From: Klebsormidium nitens
Lineage: Eukaryota > Plantae > Klebsormidiophyceae
DNA: 64,000 nt
Assembly (NCBI GenBank): GCA_000708835.1
Contig: DF236961.1
Location: 248,001-312,000, forward strand
Reading direction: 5' to 3'
The notes under the pieces are model-generated. The model was not told the origin of the DNA and ran no database searches. It saw only the letters and a list, made by a program, of their open reading frames with translations. A program made the position numbers and the translations under genes. Below, piece by piece: positions 49,001 through 61,000 of the stretch (positions are counted from its first letter, which is position 1; every line of letters starts with the position of its first letter).

Positions 49001-52000
49001 TTCAATGACGTCGGGAGGGGCTAATGCCGCCCAAACGACTGTACTCCAAAGACAGCTATCGAGTTCAGAACGCTGCGCGTAGTGCACCTCATCTGGAGCA
49101 TCCAGGCCGTTGCGGGTATATCTTTGGGAAATGTGAGCGCTATTTTTGAAAACGTGAACGCCGAAACAATCGAAGGCAGCCAACGGAAAGCTGCGCACCA
49201 TGGCCTCCACGCAGGGCGCGTGCGCCGTGAGCCGCGTCAGCACCGCAAGCGCCAGCTCCGGGACGCGCCCGCTCGCTGCTGACGTGTCCACCAGGCAGCC
49301 CAGGAGCGGCGCCAGCTGCGGCCGCGTTGAGAACACCGCCGCGAGATGCGGGTCTGACGTCAGCACGTTCAGCAGCGCCTGGAGCGCCATTGCCAGGTGC
49401 TCCACCAGCTTGCCCGCCTCGAGGTTGACACTGCCGGCCGCCTCTGTGGGCTGCGCTGAGTCTCCCGCTTCCGCAGTAGTGTCACGATCCTTCTGTTCAG
49501 TGTCAACCGGACCGCTTTCTGCAGCCGGGGGCTCGTTTGCGCCTGGAGTTTCCCCCCCGTTGGGAGTCAGACTCTCTGGTGCGCCGTTTTCGTCCTCGAA
49601 CAGTGGCCTTTTGACGGGAGACTCGAACAGCGACTTTTTTTCGGGGGTTGTCTTGCTGGCTGGGGGTGGGGTTACGGGGACCGGCGCGGGTGCTTTTTGT
49701 GGGCTGGAAGGAGTGGCCAGTTCGCGCCGCCGCTTGACCGCTTCGCTGATGTACTCCAGGAGCGCATCGCAGAAGGCGTCGATGTTGTCAACTTTGAAGT
49801 CCGGGGTCTGGTTGAAGATGCGGAGGTACACGTCGCCCACCTACACGTGTGACACGTGGCATCAACTTTTGAGAGGGTTTTATTTCATTTACTTGCTCGC
49901 CTGACAAGAAAACTGGCGATACTTCCCGACCAACCTGGAAGAGTTGCGGAGGTGAGTTGTTAAGGCTTTCTTTTCATGCTGGCTCCGAGTCGATACATTC
50001 TTGAATGCATCCTTCTACGCAAACAAGTCGAAGAGGACGTTCTGAACAGACGGAGGCATCGAGGACTAAGACCGCCAGACCCACTTCAGAAGACAAGTGA
50101 AAATGTCGAAGAGTTTGCAACAGTTCCAAAAGGATGCTGTCCAGGGAATCCAAGTACACCACCGGTGCGACATCGTTTGAGGAATCCGCCTTTGTCTGAC
50201 ACGAGACGGCTGCTCGTCTGTAAATGATGTCATCCGCCTAGTTACGTGCTATCGGCCCACCTGCAGTTCCTCGGACAGCGCCTTGTACTTGAACTCGGTC
50301 GCCTCGGCCAGCGTGTACTTCCCGTCGGGGCCCACGTTGGCCCTCTGCTGATCCACGAACCGGAGCAGCTCCCCCCGGGTTACAGAGTTCCAAATGACCT
50401 GCAAAAGTGGGAGGAACATTTAAGCTCCGGACTTATCCCCCAGCTGAGACACAAGTCAGAGCAGCTCCCCCCAGGGTCAACGAATTCTAGTTGACCTGCA
50501 GAAGTGGGGGGATGATCAAGGCTTGCGGATTACCCCCCAGCTTTGACATGAGTCCGATTCACAGGCGCCGCAAGAAACGAGCCGGGAAGAGTTTGCTTGT
50601 AAAGGGGCATGCGATTCTTGAACTGTTTCCAGGATTTCGAAGCCGACAAGAGGTAGTCACGGGTTGGGTTGCTAGGTTACCCGGACAGTGCTATGCCCTG
50701 AACAGGACATATCGAGGAGTCCGCGACTAACAGAAGCTTCATAACACGAAGCAGACAGCCTGTCTAGAAGTAGAAACGAAGCCTACGGAGCTTTCATTGC
50801 AAAAATATGAGCACCCCACATGCAGGAATTCCATCCCGGAAAGCTTCGTTGCATATCCAGCGAAAGCCGCCTCAAGCCAGATAACTCAACCCAAAGTACC
50901 TCCACCTGAAAAAGCAGTATTCAGAAGGCCAGTTTTAGTTCAATTAGGTCCATCCGTCGAACGAATATATACTCACGTGCGGGGTCTCCAGATTCGACGT
51001 CAGGTTTCGCAGCATCTCCCTCGGCGACCGGTCCTTCAGCTGCGCCGCCACGCGTGGTGTTAACAGGCCCCGCAGGACAGCTGTCGCCTCCTGGTGGTAG
51101 GGGGTCGAAAGCTCGCCCTCCATGAACCCCCCCAGTTTGGCAAGAGCGCGGGCGGCCAGCATGGCGTGCAGGTTCTTGGCGCCCTGGACGCTTGCACCAA
51201 TACCCTATCACGAGAAGGAGTAACCGATATGAGAAATTGAGGAGTTCACAGGGAAGCTCTCTGGTGCAGGGTCAAAAGCTCGCCCTCTAGGAAACGCCCA
51301 CCTTTGACGACTCCCCGCGTGCAGAGTGTTGGTGCCCTTGACGCTCCAATCAGCACCCTATGACGAGAAAGATATACAATATGCGTTACTCCAAATATCT
51401 GAGAAAAAGTTTAGATGATAGGGATGTGTGCTTGGTGAGGGCACGTGCGGCACGAATCGCATGCACATCGAAGGGTGCGATCCGGAAATGAACAGAGAGA
51501 GCAAGCGCCCCATACCGGAAGATTGTGAGTCCGGACGGGCAAGTCCGAAACCTGACTTCGGATAAATGTGGTCGCAAGCTGCCAAAAACTTAACGTCAAT
51601 TTGATGCAGAACCGACGTCTGCGATAGGCTTGTTTGGTATGCCGCGAATCAAGGTCTGGGCTACCCGTCTGGAACGTGCGAAGTTCCAGCAGTGGACGAG
51701 CCCGCTTAGTTGAATAAAAAAGCAGAGACACAATGCGGCCGCACCTGTGCCCCCCCCATCTCCTTCTCTGCGGTTGCGTCGTGTTGCAGAAGCAGCCGAA
51801 GAAGGAGTCGAAGGGGGGAAAACAAGGAAAAGAAGAATATTCATCACAAGAGATCCAGGTAGACAAACGATCTCCACAACGGTGAGCTTACTTGTGGGCC
51901 CCCCGTCTCTTTCTTCTCTGCGGTCGCGTCGTACTGCAAGAGCAGTGGTAGTAGGAACCAGAGCACGCCCGCAGAGAGCAGCCAGTCCTGGAAGTCGGCG

Positions 52001-55000
52001 TCCACACACAGCACGCCCATCGTTTGCAGCGCGCTGTCGATGCTGATCGTCGACCGCTCCAGCTCCGTGCAGTGCACGATGTCGGGGATGAGTCTGCAGG
52101 GACGATCACAGGCTTTTAGGGGGGTATCGGATTGTTTGTCGGATTCTTTTGTACTTTGTTTCCGTTTTTAGAATATCACGGGTTGATGCCGATCGTCGAC
52201 CGCTCCAGTTGCGTGCTGTGCACGATGTCGGGGATGAGTCTGCACGAGAGTCAACTCCAGAATCAAATAGATAAAATCTTCGGTGATTGTAAAGTTGCCC
52301 AAGAACGATAACAATCCTTGACGGTGCAAAGCTGATGGAGGCACTTCAGGTCCGTGCAGTGCACGATGTCGGGTATGAGTCTGCACAGAAATTACAGGCT
52401 TTTAGGGCGGCGTCGGATTGTTTGCCGGATTTTTTTGAAATTTGGAATCGTTTCCATTTTGAAGCCTGCTTAGCAGATTACGAGTCGATGCTGATCGTCG
52501 ACCGCTGCAGCCCCGTGCAGTGCACGATGTCGGGGATGAGTCTGCAAAAGAAACGAATTCAACTCTGAAGATCCTTTCGGATGCTGGTAGTTATCGAGAG
52601 GAATCCTTCTGTAAACGTTCAGGGCCAGTGAAAAAATATTGGTACAGAGGAGTTTGGTGCTTTGATCATCAAAGCTGGGATCTTTTCGTTAGGGGCGAGG
52701 TGTTCAAAACCATGGTTTCACAAGTACAGACATGTTCTATAATCAGAATCGGAGTTCGCAATCGTCGCCGCTCAGTTTCACGCAGTCCCTGTCTTCTTCA
52801 GAGAACTCGATGTGGAGAAGGACTGTGAGCTTCTCAACAGGTGTAACAACAACGTGCGACTGGGAGCTCAAAAAGAGACGTACTTTCAAACGTTGCGTTG
52901 TTGCTGTATGAGCAGGCAGCCAGCAGAGGGACACTCTTGATGGATCATGATGCAAAGAGGGGGAACGTTACCGGCAGAGAATGTCAGCCTTACCCCGGGC
53001 AAGCCATCATCTCCCGCCGCGCAATTTCGAACGTCGCCAGCCCCGCCATGGTGCGCATAATGTTGGTGACGATTACAGCGGCGGGCTCCGTTGGGGGCGT
53101 TTGGGGGCGAACCAAAGGCATGCAGCGGCCCAGGAGGGTCGCCAGAAGCTGCACCCCCCCGTCGCGAACGAGCTCCTCGCCGTTAAGCGCGGAGGAGACG
53201 CATCTGCGGGGAAGAGAAAGGCGAGTTGGTGATTGGTGAATGCTGACGCCTAAGCTAGGACGAATAGTCAGAAGAGTACCAAAGAATGGTTGGGAGGAGG
53301 CAAAGCTCGTTGCGAAAAAGTCGTGCTCTTTGCAAGAGCGGCTAAAGTGCCTGGAGACGATACATGATTCAGGAATGCGGAGTTTACATAATTCTTCCTT
53401 TTTCCAAAAGGAGAGCCCAAATGATCGCAAGCCGTTCCAGCGAAGGGATCCAGTCAGTTGGTGTGACATCGTGGTTTGGCATCGCGCCTGTTCTGAGCGT
53501 ACCAGGAATTTCCCGACACCTGACGAATGCAGTCAAGACATTAAGGACTCTTGATTTTGCGTACAAGACGGAAGTACCAAAGCGGCCAATCCTTACGGCC
53601 CAAATCCCCTGCAAAACCTGCTCTCACGCAAGCAAAACCAGCCTCAGTGTATCGCTTACGTCAGCCAAATCAGCTCGGTAGCGGCCTCGAGCAGCGGAGC
53701 CCGCTCGGTAGAGAGGAAGTTTGGGTCGGCGTCGTCGAGCGTGATAGCGTTCAGCAGCATAGGGTATCCCGCATACTTGAACGGCTCCAGGACTGCGCCG
53801 TAGCGCCGGAACAGGATGCACTGCGCTTTAAGCAGCAGGCGCAACCGCCAGCTCTGGGGGCCCTGTGAAAAGGTGGGGAGAATGAAACAAGATTATTCCT
53901 CGATTATGGCACGAGATGATTGAGGCGCCAGAGACGAACCCGAACACTGATAGACCATATTTCTTGACTTAGTCAAGGAGTTCCCTGGATGAAATCATGT
54001 CGGAATTGCTTTAATGGTGGACATGGCATGGCTTTGCGGCCCCCTCTGTCAGCAGCCCGTCCGCAGCGTTCGCTGAAGGCTCTCAACCTCAACCTGCTGA
54101 TGTTATAGCCAAGGCTCTCAACCTCATTGTTCAGTGTACGGAGCTGCCATTCGAGCTTAGGGGAATTACGACTCTCGCCATCTTTGGGGCTTGGCCTGTG
54201 ACGCGCCATCCATGCTTATTATATGTCCTTAAGCTTGCGAAGTGAGACTAGTACTCAATCAGTCCCTTTTCTGCTGACTCCTTGACACTCAATTCTTCTG
54301 AGGATCGAGACCTGCAGTACACACTGGGTGTCCGTGAATGCATCTTCGTCCTCATCCCCATCCTAGCAAAGACTTGATCAGTGTGAAACCTAGATTTTCA
54401 TAATCTCAAAAGCCAGCGCGTCAATGGAACAACGAGGGGACCGAACCATATGCACTCTGAAAACCCCCGCCTCACCTGCAATCCGCCAGCCAGGCTGGCC
54501 TGCAACCGCTCGTACGCCGTTTGCACCGCCATGAACTGGTCCCGCCCCTCAGGATTTTTATCCGGGTGATACTTCATCGCCATCTTCTTATACTGCCGTT
54601 TCAGCACTTCCTCGTCGACCCGCCCCTTCCGCTTGACTCTCCGCTGCCCCCCCGTTTCGGCGTGCTCCTTCTCGGAGGGCGCTGACGTTTCGCTGACGTC
54701 ATCCTTGGAGATCTCGAGGATCTCGCACGCCTGCTCCTCGCTCAGCTCGAGCGGGCGCCGGGTCAGCTCCTCGCGCCACATGGCGAGCAGGGACTGGAGG
54801 AACTCCACGTGTTCGACGATGGGCCAGTCGGGGAAGCGGGCCTCGTCGCAGAGGTTGCGCAAGTAGTACCTGGGTGGGGGAGAGAGATTCTTCCTATCAG
54901 CACATGCTTCTCCTTCCGTTCTTCCGGTTGAATCTTACATTTTAACCGAAAGGATCGGAATGGAAACCCGACCTGCATGACTTACATTGCCAGAAAACTG

Positions 55001-58000
55001 CGAGCTGGAACGGGGAAAGGCACAGACATTCACACCACCAAGTCAGGTACGTAAAAATCTTTCAAACAACTTGCAAGTCGATCCCAGTCAGAGGTTGTAA
55101 TAAATAAAAGCGATTCGACGTCAGCGTGCAATCGCCCATATGGCGAGACTGTTCGGTTCAAATTCTGACGGAAGCGACAGACCGCCATTCTCTGAGCACC
55201 TCGTACATCCAATTATGATAGATGCCAGAAAAGGCAAGACTTAAGTCAAGGCAAATTTTGCGAGCAGTATAGACAGCTTGCATGGCGGATATTTCGGTGA
55301 CGCACCTGTGGCACCACATCTCGTCCTCGAGCTCGGGGTACGTAACAGGTGGCATCGGCGCGTAGTCGTACAGGGAGTGGCAGTGCTGCGGCAGCTTGGA
55401 CGGAAAGTCGCCCAGGTGTTGGTGCACCTATAGAGCGCAGGCGTTCAGTCACTAAACACTTGTGTCATCTTGAACATAACGAAAGAGGAAAATCATTCAC
55501 GATTCGAATGATGTGATTGTGAAACCGAGTGTCATCCTTCTCTTTCTCTTCACGTCTGGCGCAGTCCCAGCAAAGTTCGTTTTGCCAGCATTTTCTTTGG
55601 AGAATGCGTCTCCATCTGCTCTTCGCTTGCTGTCATAACACAAACTCGAACCTGAGTATTCTCACGGACAGAGCTTTTGCTTGCAACCACCTCACCACAC
55701 AGGGACTGACCCCAGTACCTAGTAAGCTTTCAACGAACCCTGAGCTGAACGGCTAGCAAAACGCGGCAACCACCTAATGAATGAGCCGCCCGCGCCCACT
55801 TTATTGCCCGAAGATCCATCAGAAGTCGCATCAACGATTTTGAATCGGCCACGTGGCAGCTCACCTGATGGATGAGCCGCTCGCTCCGCATCTTATGCGT
55901 CCAGATGATCTCGGGGGTGTCGGAGTCTGCAACCATGGCCGCCGCAAACGCCTGCGCGCCGCTCTTCTCGAGCACGTACAGCAGCGACTCGGGAAGGAGA
56001 CCGCCGAGCACGCTGCGCTTGGCGAGGGGGAGAGCGCTCGCAACAGCCGCGTCAGCACCGCTGCAAATGACACGTGTCATGAGTACAATATGAGTACGTA
56101 CCGAGTACAAGTGTCATCTTCTTGAACCAGTTCACGTCTAACAGTAGGAAGAGATAAGGTTCGAGAAGGAAAGCGCCCAGCACCCTGCGATTGGCGACGG
56201 GAGGAGCGCTCGCAACGGCCGCGCCGGCATCGCTGCGGAAGACACATGACATGGGTACTGGTATCGTGTTCCAAAAACCTGTATAACACGCCACATAACA
56301 AGAAAATTCACTTCGGCCCTCCAGCGCGCTCGGCAGGGGAAGAGCGCTTGTGACAGCCGTGTTGCTACTGATGCAGATTGAACCGTGTCATGACTTACTT
56401 GCTTTGCATTATGAACCGTTTTACGTTACAGAACAATAAGAGAAGCCACTCTGGCAGAGGGCCTTACAGCGCGCCGAGCTTAGGAGGACCCCTGCCCTCT
56501 GGTCTCACTGGCGTACTTGAAAAGCTGTGATTCGGAGACCTACCCGTGGAAAGCTTGGTGTAAATGCGCCTTCTTGAAGAGACTGGCGATGGTCCGCAGA
56601 TTCGCCCCTGCATACGCGAGCGCAAAGTAGAAGGCGCCGGAGGAGTAGAGCCGGGCCATGGCGGGGGGGTTGTACGTGATGATGACCTCCATAAGCGATG
56701 CGGCCAGCTCCACAATCTTGGGCTCGCCGGTTAGGACGCCCTGCAGGTCAAAAAGGAGTTGGGTAAGTCGAGTTTAGATGCGAGTTTAAAATGTGGAGAG
56801 GGAAGAAGGCCCACAAAGAGGCCGATTGTGTTGGAAACCGAAGCCATGATTCAGGCCCCCGATTTCGGATAGCATAAGATTCTCTTTCAACGACGTCTGC
56901 ATTGACAAAGTTGTGAATCACAATTTGAGAAGTGGCTCGACGCGTGAGCAAAAAAATGAAGGACACCCATTTCTGTAACCAAGGACCCTGGCAGGTCTTC
57001 AGATAAGCTGACCAAATGTGAGCGAAAACTTCTCAGAAAGCCAAGCCATTCAATCCCCCCGTCCGAGCAAACTGAGACAATGACAGATAGTACCTCAAGC
57101 ATTTGGAAAAGTTGAGCAACGGATCTTCTCCAACAACTCATACCCTGAAACCAGAGCTTCATAGCCTTCAATCAAAACTTGACAGCCTGAGACCCAAAAG
57201 GTTGATGTTTTCCCAAATCTAGCACTTAGAGAAGTCAGAACGTGAACAATAAGCTGACGAGCTCACATACCTGTGCGAGGTGGGGCAGGCAGCGGGGGCT
57301 CGAGAGGATGCGCTTTACAACCGGCGCTGGCGTCACGAGCTCCCCGTAATCGTCCACGCTGCTGTGGAGGGAGACCAGGTCGTGCAAGATGGAAAGAGCG
57401 ACCTCGCCAACCTGGAGAAATCCAATCACGTGTCTTTGATGAATTTGTTTGAATTTGACACGCTTCCCCTCCTCTGCACCCTCGTAAAGAGACAAGTATC
57501 CAGTGAACAGGAGAGAAAGCAAGAAGGACAAGATCCAATAACCGAATGGGTCCAAATGCAGAACCCTGTAGCCGGTTAGAAGCACAAGTAGACCAGCCCT
57601 CTGCTTTTTTATTGGAGAAGCTCATTCATTCTTTCGGCAGACGTTATAAGATATCTGTACAACATCAAGTAAAGAAGAGACTGCATAAGGTGAGAACCGG
57701 CATGCCACGGAGTATACCAGGTTGCTCGGCAGAAGCCTTGATCCTAGGAACAAACCCAGAGAACCTTGTAATCTCACAAACAAGATTGCGGTTAACTCAT
57801 CGCGACAAACTTACTCGGCTGGGAACATAGACACTGTAACCACTAAGTTAAGTCGTTGAGCTTCAAAAGAATCCGAAAACGCAGAGGGCCTACCTGCACG
57901 GGGGTCAGCACAGCTGTTTTCTTAGCCATGGCCCACCGAAGCTCTCGTATCGCCCTCAGGGGCTTCCAATCGTTCATGCCCTCGGCCCAGCATTTGGTGG

Positions 58001-61000
58001 AGAACTCGATCTCGCCAGTGGACCACAGCCGTCGTATCTGGTCCTTCTCAACGGGGCCCTCCTTCGCGTCACCTGAAAGGTGCGAGCTCCTTATCAAACG
58101 TGATATTGATACTTGTACTTCATTTTGGGCCGGCTCAGATGAAGAGTAACAGAAAAAACCTAGGTGGTGGATCTAGTTACATCAGAGATACACGCATGAT
58201 GTACGTATGACAAATAGAGTAGGAAAGACTGTAAGGGATTTCGCTCTATAAGTCCACATTCAGGGGAGGCAGGTTCCGGAAGGCAGGCCCGGTAGCAGAA
58301 GATTCGCCGACTTCTCGCCAGAACAACTGAACAAAATCCTTTCTGTTGACAGACGATAAACTCTTATGCGAGATACGCTTATGCCACAGATGCGCGTTTT
58401 TCCTGCTTTTCTTCTCCCTTTCTTTGCTCCACTGGGGAAGGACCGACGGAATCTTTACATTTTTGCGTACGTGGACGTCAGCTGATTGAGTAGGGAACGA
58501 CCTGCTACAGGTGATCGGACGACCCACCTTTGCCGCGGTAGTACCACACTTTCGGCGGTTCTACATGGGCAGTCGCTGCGATCAGGTTGTTCTGCGACGG
58601 CGTCACAGCCCGCTCTGCGGCCTCGTGAGCGCTCGCCAGAAGGTCCACCGCTAGTTCGACCCCGCCCACAGCGACGCAGGCACGTGCATTGGATGGGACC
58701 TTCACGAGAGCCTGCGGAGGAAGAGGCAAGCGGTTTAAGCATTCGAGCAGAAATTGCGACAAAGAGCGCTGGACACACGCCAAATCCATGCGGAAAACGC
58801 ATGTCGCGATTGTTGAATGTTGATGAGAGTTCGCTGTGTTACAGCAGCTGCAGTTCTGATCGGCTTCACGGAGGAGCGTGTCTAAGAACGATTTACGCCG
58901 GCAAGCTTTTCGAAAATGCTTGTGATCAAGAGGCTTCCGCTGCTGAAAGTGCGGATTCTTCTTTGGGTTTTATCAAAAGAAAGCACATATCTTACCGCTT
59001 CTCTTGGTTCCACCAAGAAGAAACAAAATTTTAAGGAGACAAATAACTTTGACCTCTTCAGACCTCCCCAACCTGACAACTTTGCATGCTCATGCAACCA
59101 CATTCTTAAAAGAAATAAGAACCGCGGCGGGAAGTTTAGAGTACGATCGAGCCTTCCCGACTCAGCAGCCCTTTTGTACTGCTCGCAGCATTGTCTGAAC
59201 CTTCTCCCCTTACCTGCAGCAGCAGCACCAGCCGGTGCCTCAGCGCCCTGTCGTTCGTCCGGTCCAGTAACACCGTCACGTGGGCAGTCCCGTCAAACGG
59301 CCCGATCCGCTCCTTATGCTGATCGTAGACAAGCGCCATCGCTCGCGCACAGAGCTCTCTTGTTTGGCCCCCGACGCCCCCCGAACCTCCAAACCCGTCG
59401 AGCCCGTTCACATCGCAGAAGTCTTCACGGGAAAGGGAGTGTGAATTCTCGTCCAGGCCTTCGATGAAGAGGCCCGCGTCAGCGTCACAGAGGAAGCGAT
59501 GGTACAGAGCGCGGAAGAAAGCGGGGGGGTCGCGCAGCGGGAATGGTTGGGAGTCGCGGGCGGTGCTGGTTTCGAGGAGGAGACGGAGGTAGTACTCGCC
59601 AACGCAGACCTGAGAAGAAGATATTTTTTGAACTGCTAGTGCGACACCTGTATGATGGGACAAGACTACGCACTTGGATTGTGGAAAGATAGTGAATGTA
59701 GGGGCACTTGACCATGTATAGAAGCAAACGATACGGATAATTGAGGAGATACCTGGCATGCGCGTCTTCGGAAAGCTCACGACTGTTCACTTTCTTGGAC
59801 GGGCTCGTAATCAGACTTCGGAACGTGAAATGTCCAACTCGTGAAGGAAGCATCGAAAAAAAAGATCCGAGTTTGAAGAGAAAGTAACGCCCAGGCTCAA
59901 CGAAAACGCAACAGCAACATCGAACGGAAGACCTGATTACGTCTAGCGAAAACAATTGTAATGAGAGGAGGTCGTTCATGGAGTGTGCGAGTAAAAAACG
60001 CGAAGCTCGGCATCGGCGAAGCTGCCTCAAGCTGGAGCTTGCCCATTTCTCTTTTCGTCCTTGCCGGGGAAGAGGATTCCAATCAAAACCAGTTGCAGCT
60101 TTGTCATGTCTTCAATAGATAGGGGGCGGTCTTATGCAAGATTGAGTTGTTCGGGCGGACCAACAGTTCGAAGAGCGGCTCCGTAACCTTTCCTTGAAAA
60201 AGCAAACTCACGCACTAAGCCACACTTACAATCCCTGAAGTATGCTGGCCTCAGAGGAGGGGGAAAATCTTCAAATTTGGGACCATGTTACGAGCCCAAA
60301 TTTTCCTATCCTTGCCAACACGACTGTCGCAATCTCCACACTGCTCCGAAGATGACCTTGCTACTTCGACGTTCTATTATCAGCACAGGAAGACGAATAG
60401 CAGGAGAATGCGGAGTATGAACAACAAAGGCAGCGGCATACACAGATCCTATCGACGACCAGTTACGGTTTGCGTCGTCGCAAAGATCAGTCAAACCAGA
60501 ATCTAGATCTGCCCCAGTCGCCTCTCCCTAAGAGGCTAGCATAAAGACTGCGTCCGGCTGGGCCTGACAATGGATGCGAACAGCAAATACGGACTGGGAG
60601 CAAATGCCACGTGGAGCTTGGGAATTTCGACCACCACTTATCCCGTGCTAAAGCGATAACGAGCTCGTTGTGAGGGAGACTCCTGTTGAGTAATATGATA
60701 TTTCCCATTGAACGAATACCCAGTAGCCACGTTCAAAACAGACGTTTCCGGTATATGTTACAAAATCCACGTCAGGAGGTGCAATCGCGTCCACGAGAAC
60801 GCCCTCGATTAAGACCGACTTATCGTCTATTCAAAGAAGGTCTGATCACAGATCTCAGAGTACCCAGCGAAACTTTTTGATTCCCTTTCACAAAATCACC
60901 AAAACCCGTAACCAAGGCTCTTCAGGCACGCTGAGGGTACGGCGATTTGGAGCATCCATGTTGATGCTTAGTGCCTTTCGCACCCTTGCCACCACAGCTC

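Noticed and set aside
49200-49904. 234-aa plus-strand ORF; likewise 43012-43524, 58486-59034 and minus-strand 2343-2819
   Set aside because: Antisense shadows of GRV2 and HOP exons caused by codon bias.
52035-52600. Repeat-spacer appearance resembling a CRISPR array (also 44340-44820)
   Set aside because: Repeats are copies of the adjacent exon edge, too long and divergent, spacers are homologous to each other, the host is eukaryotic and no cas genes are present.
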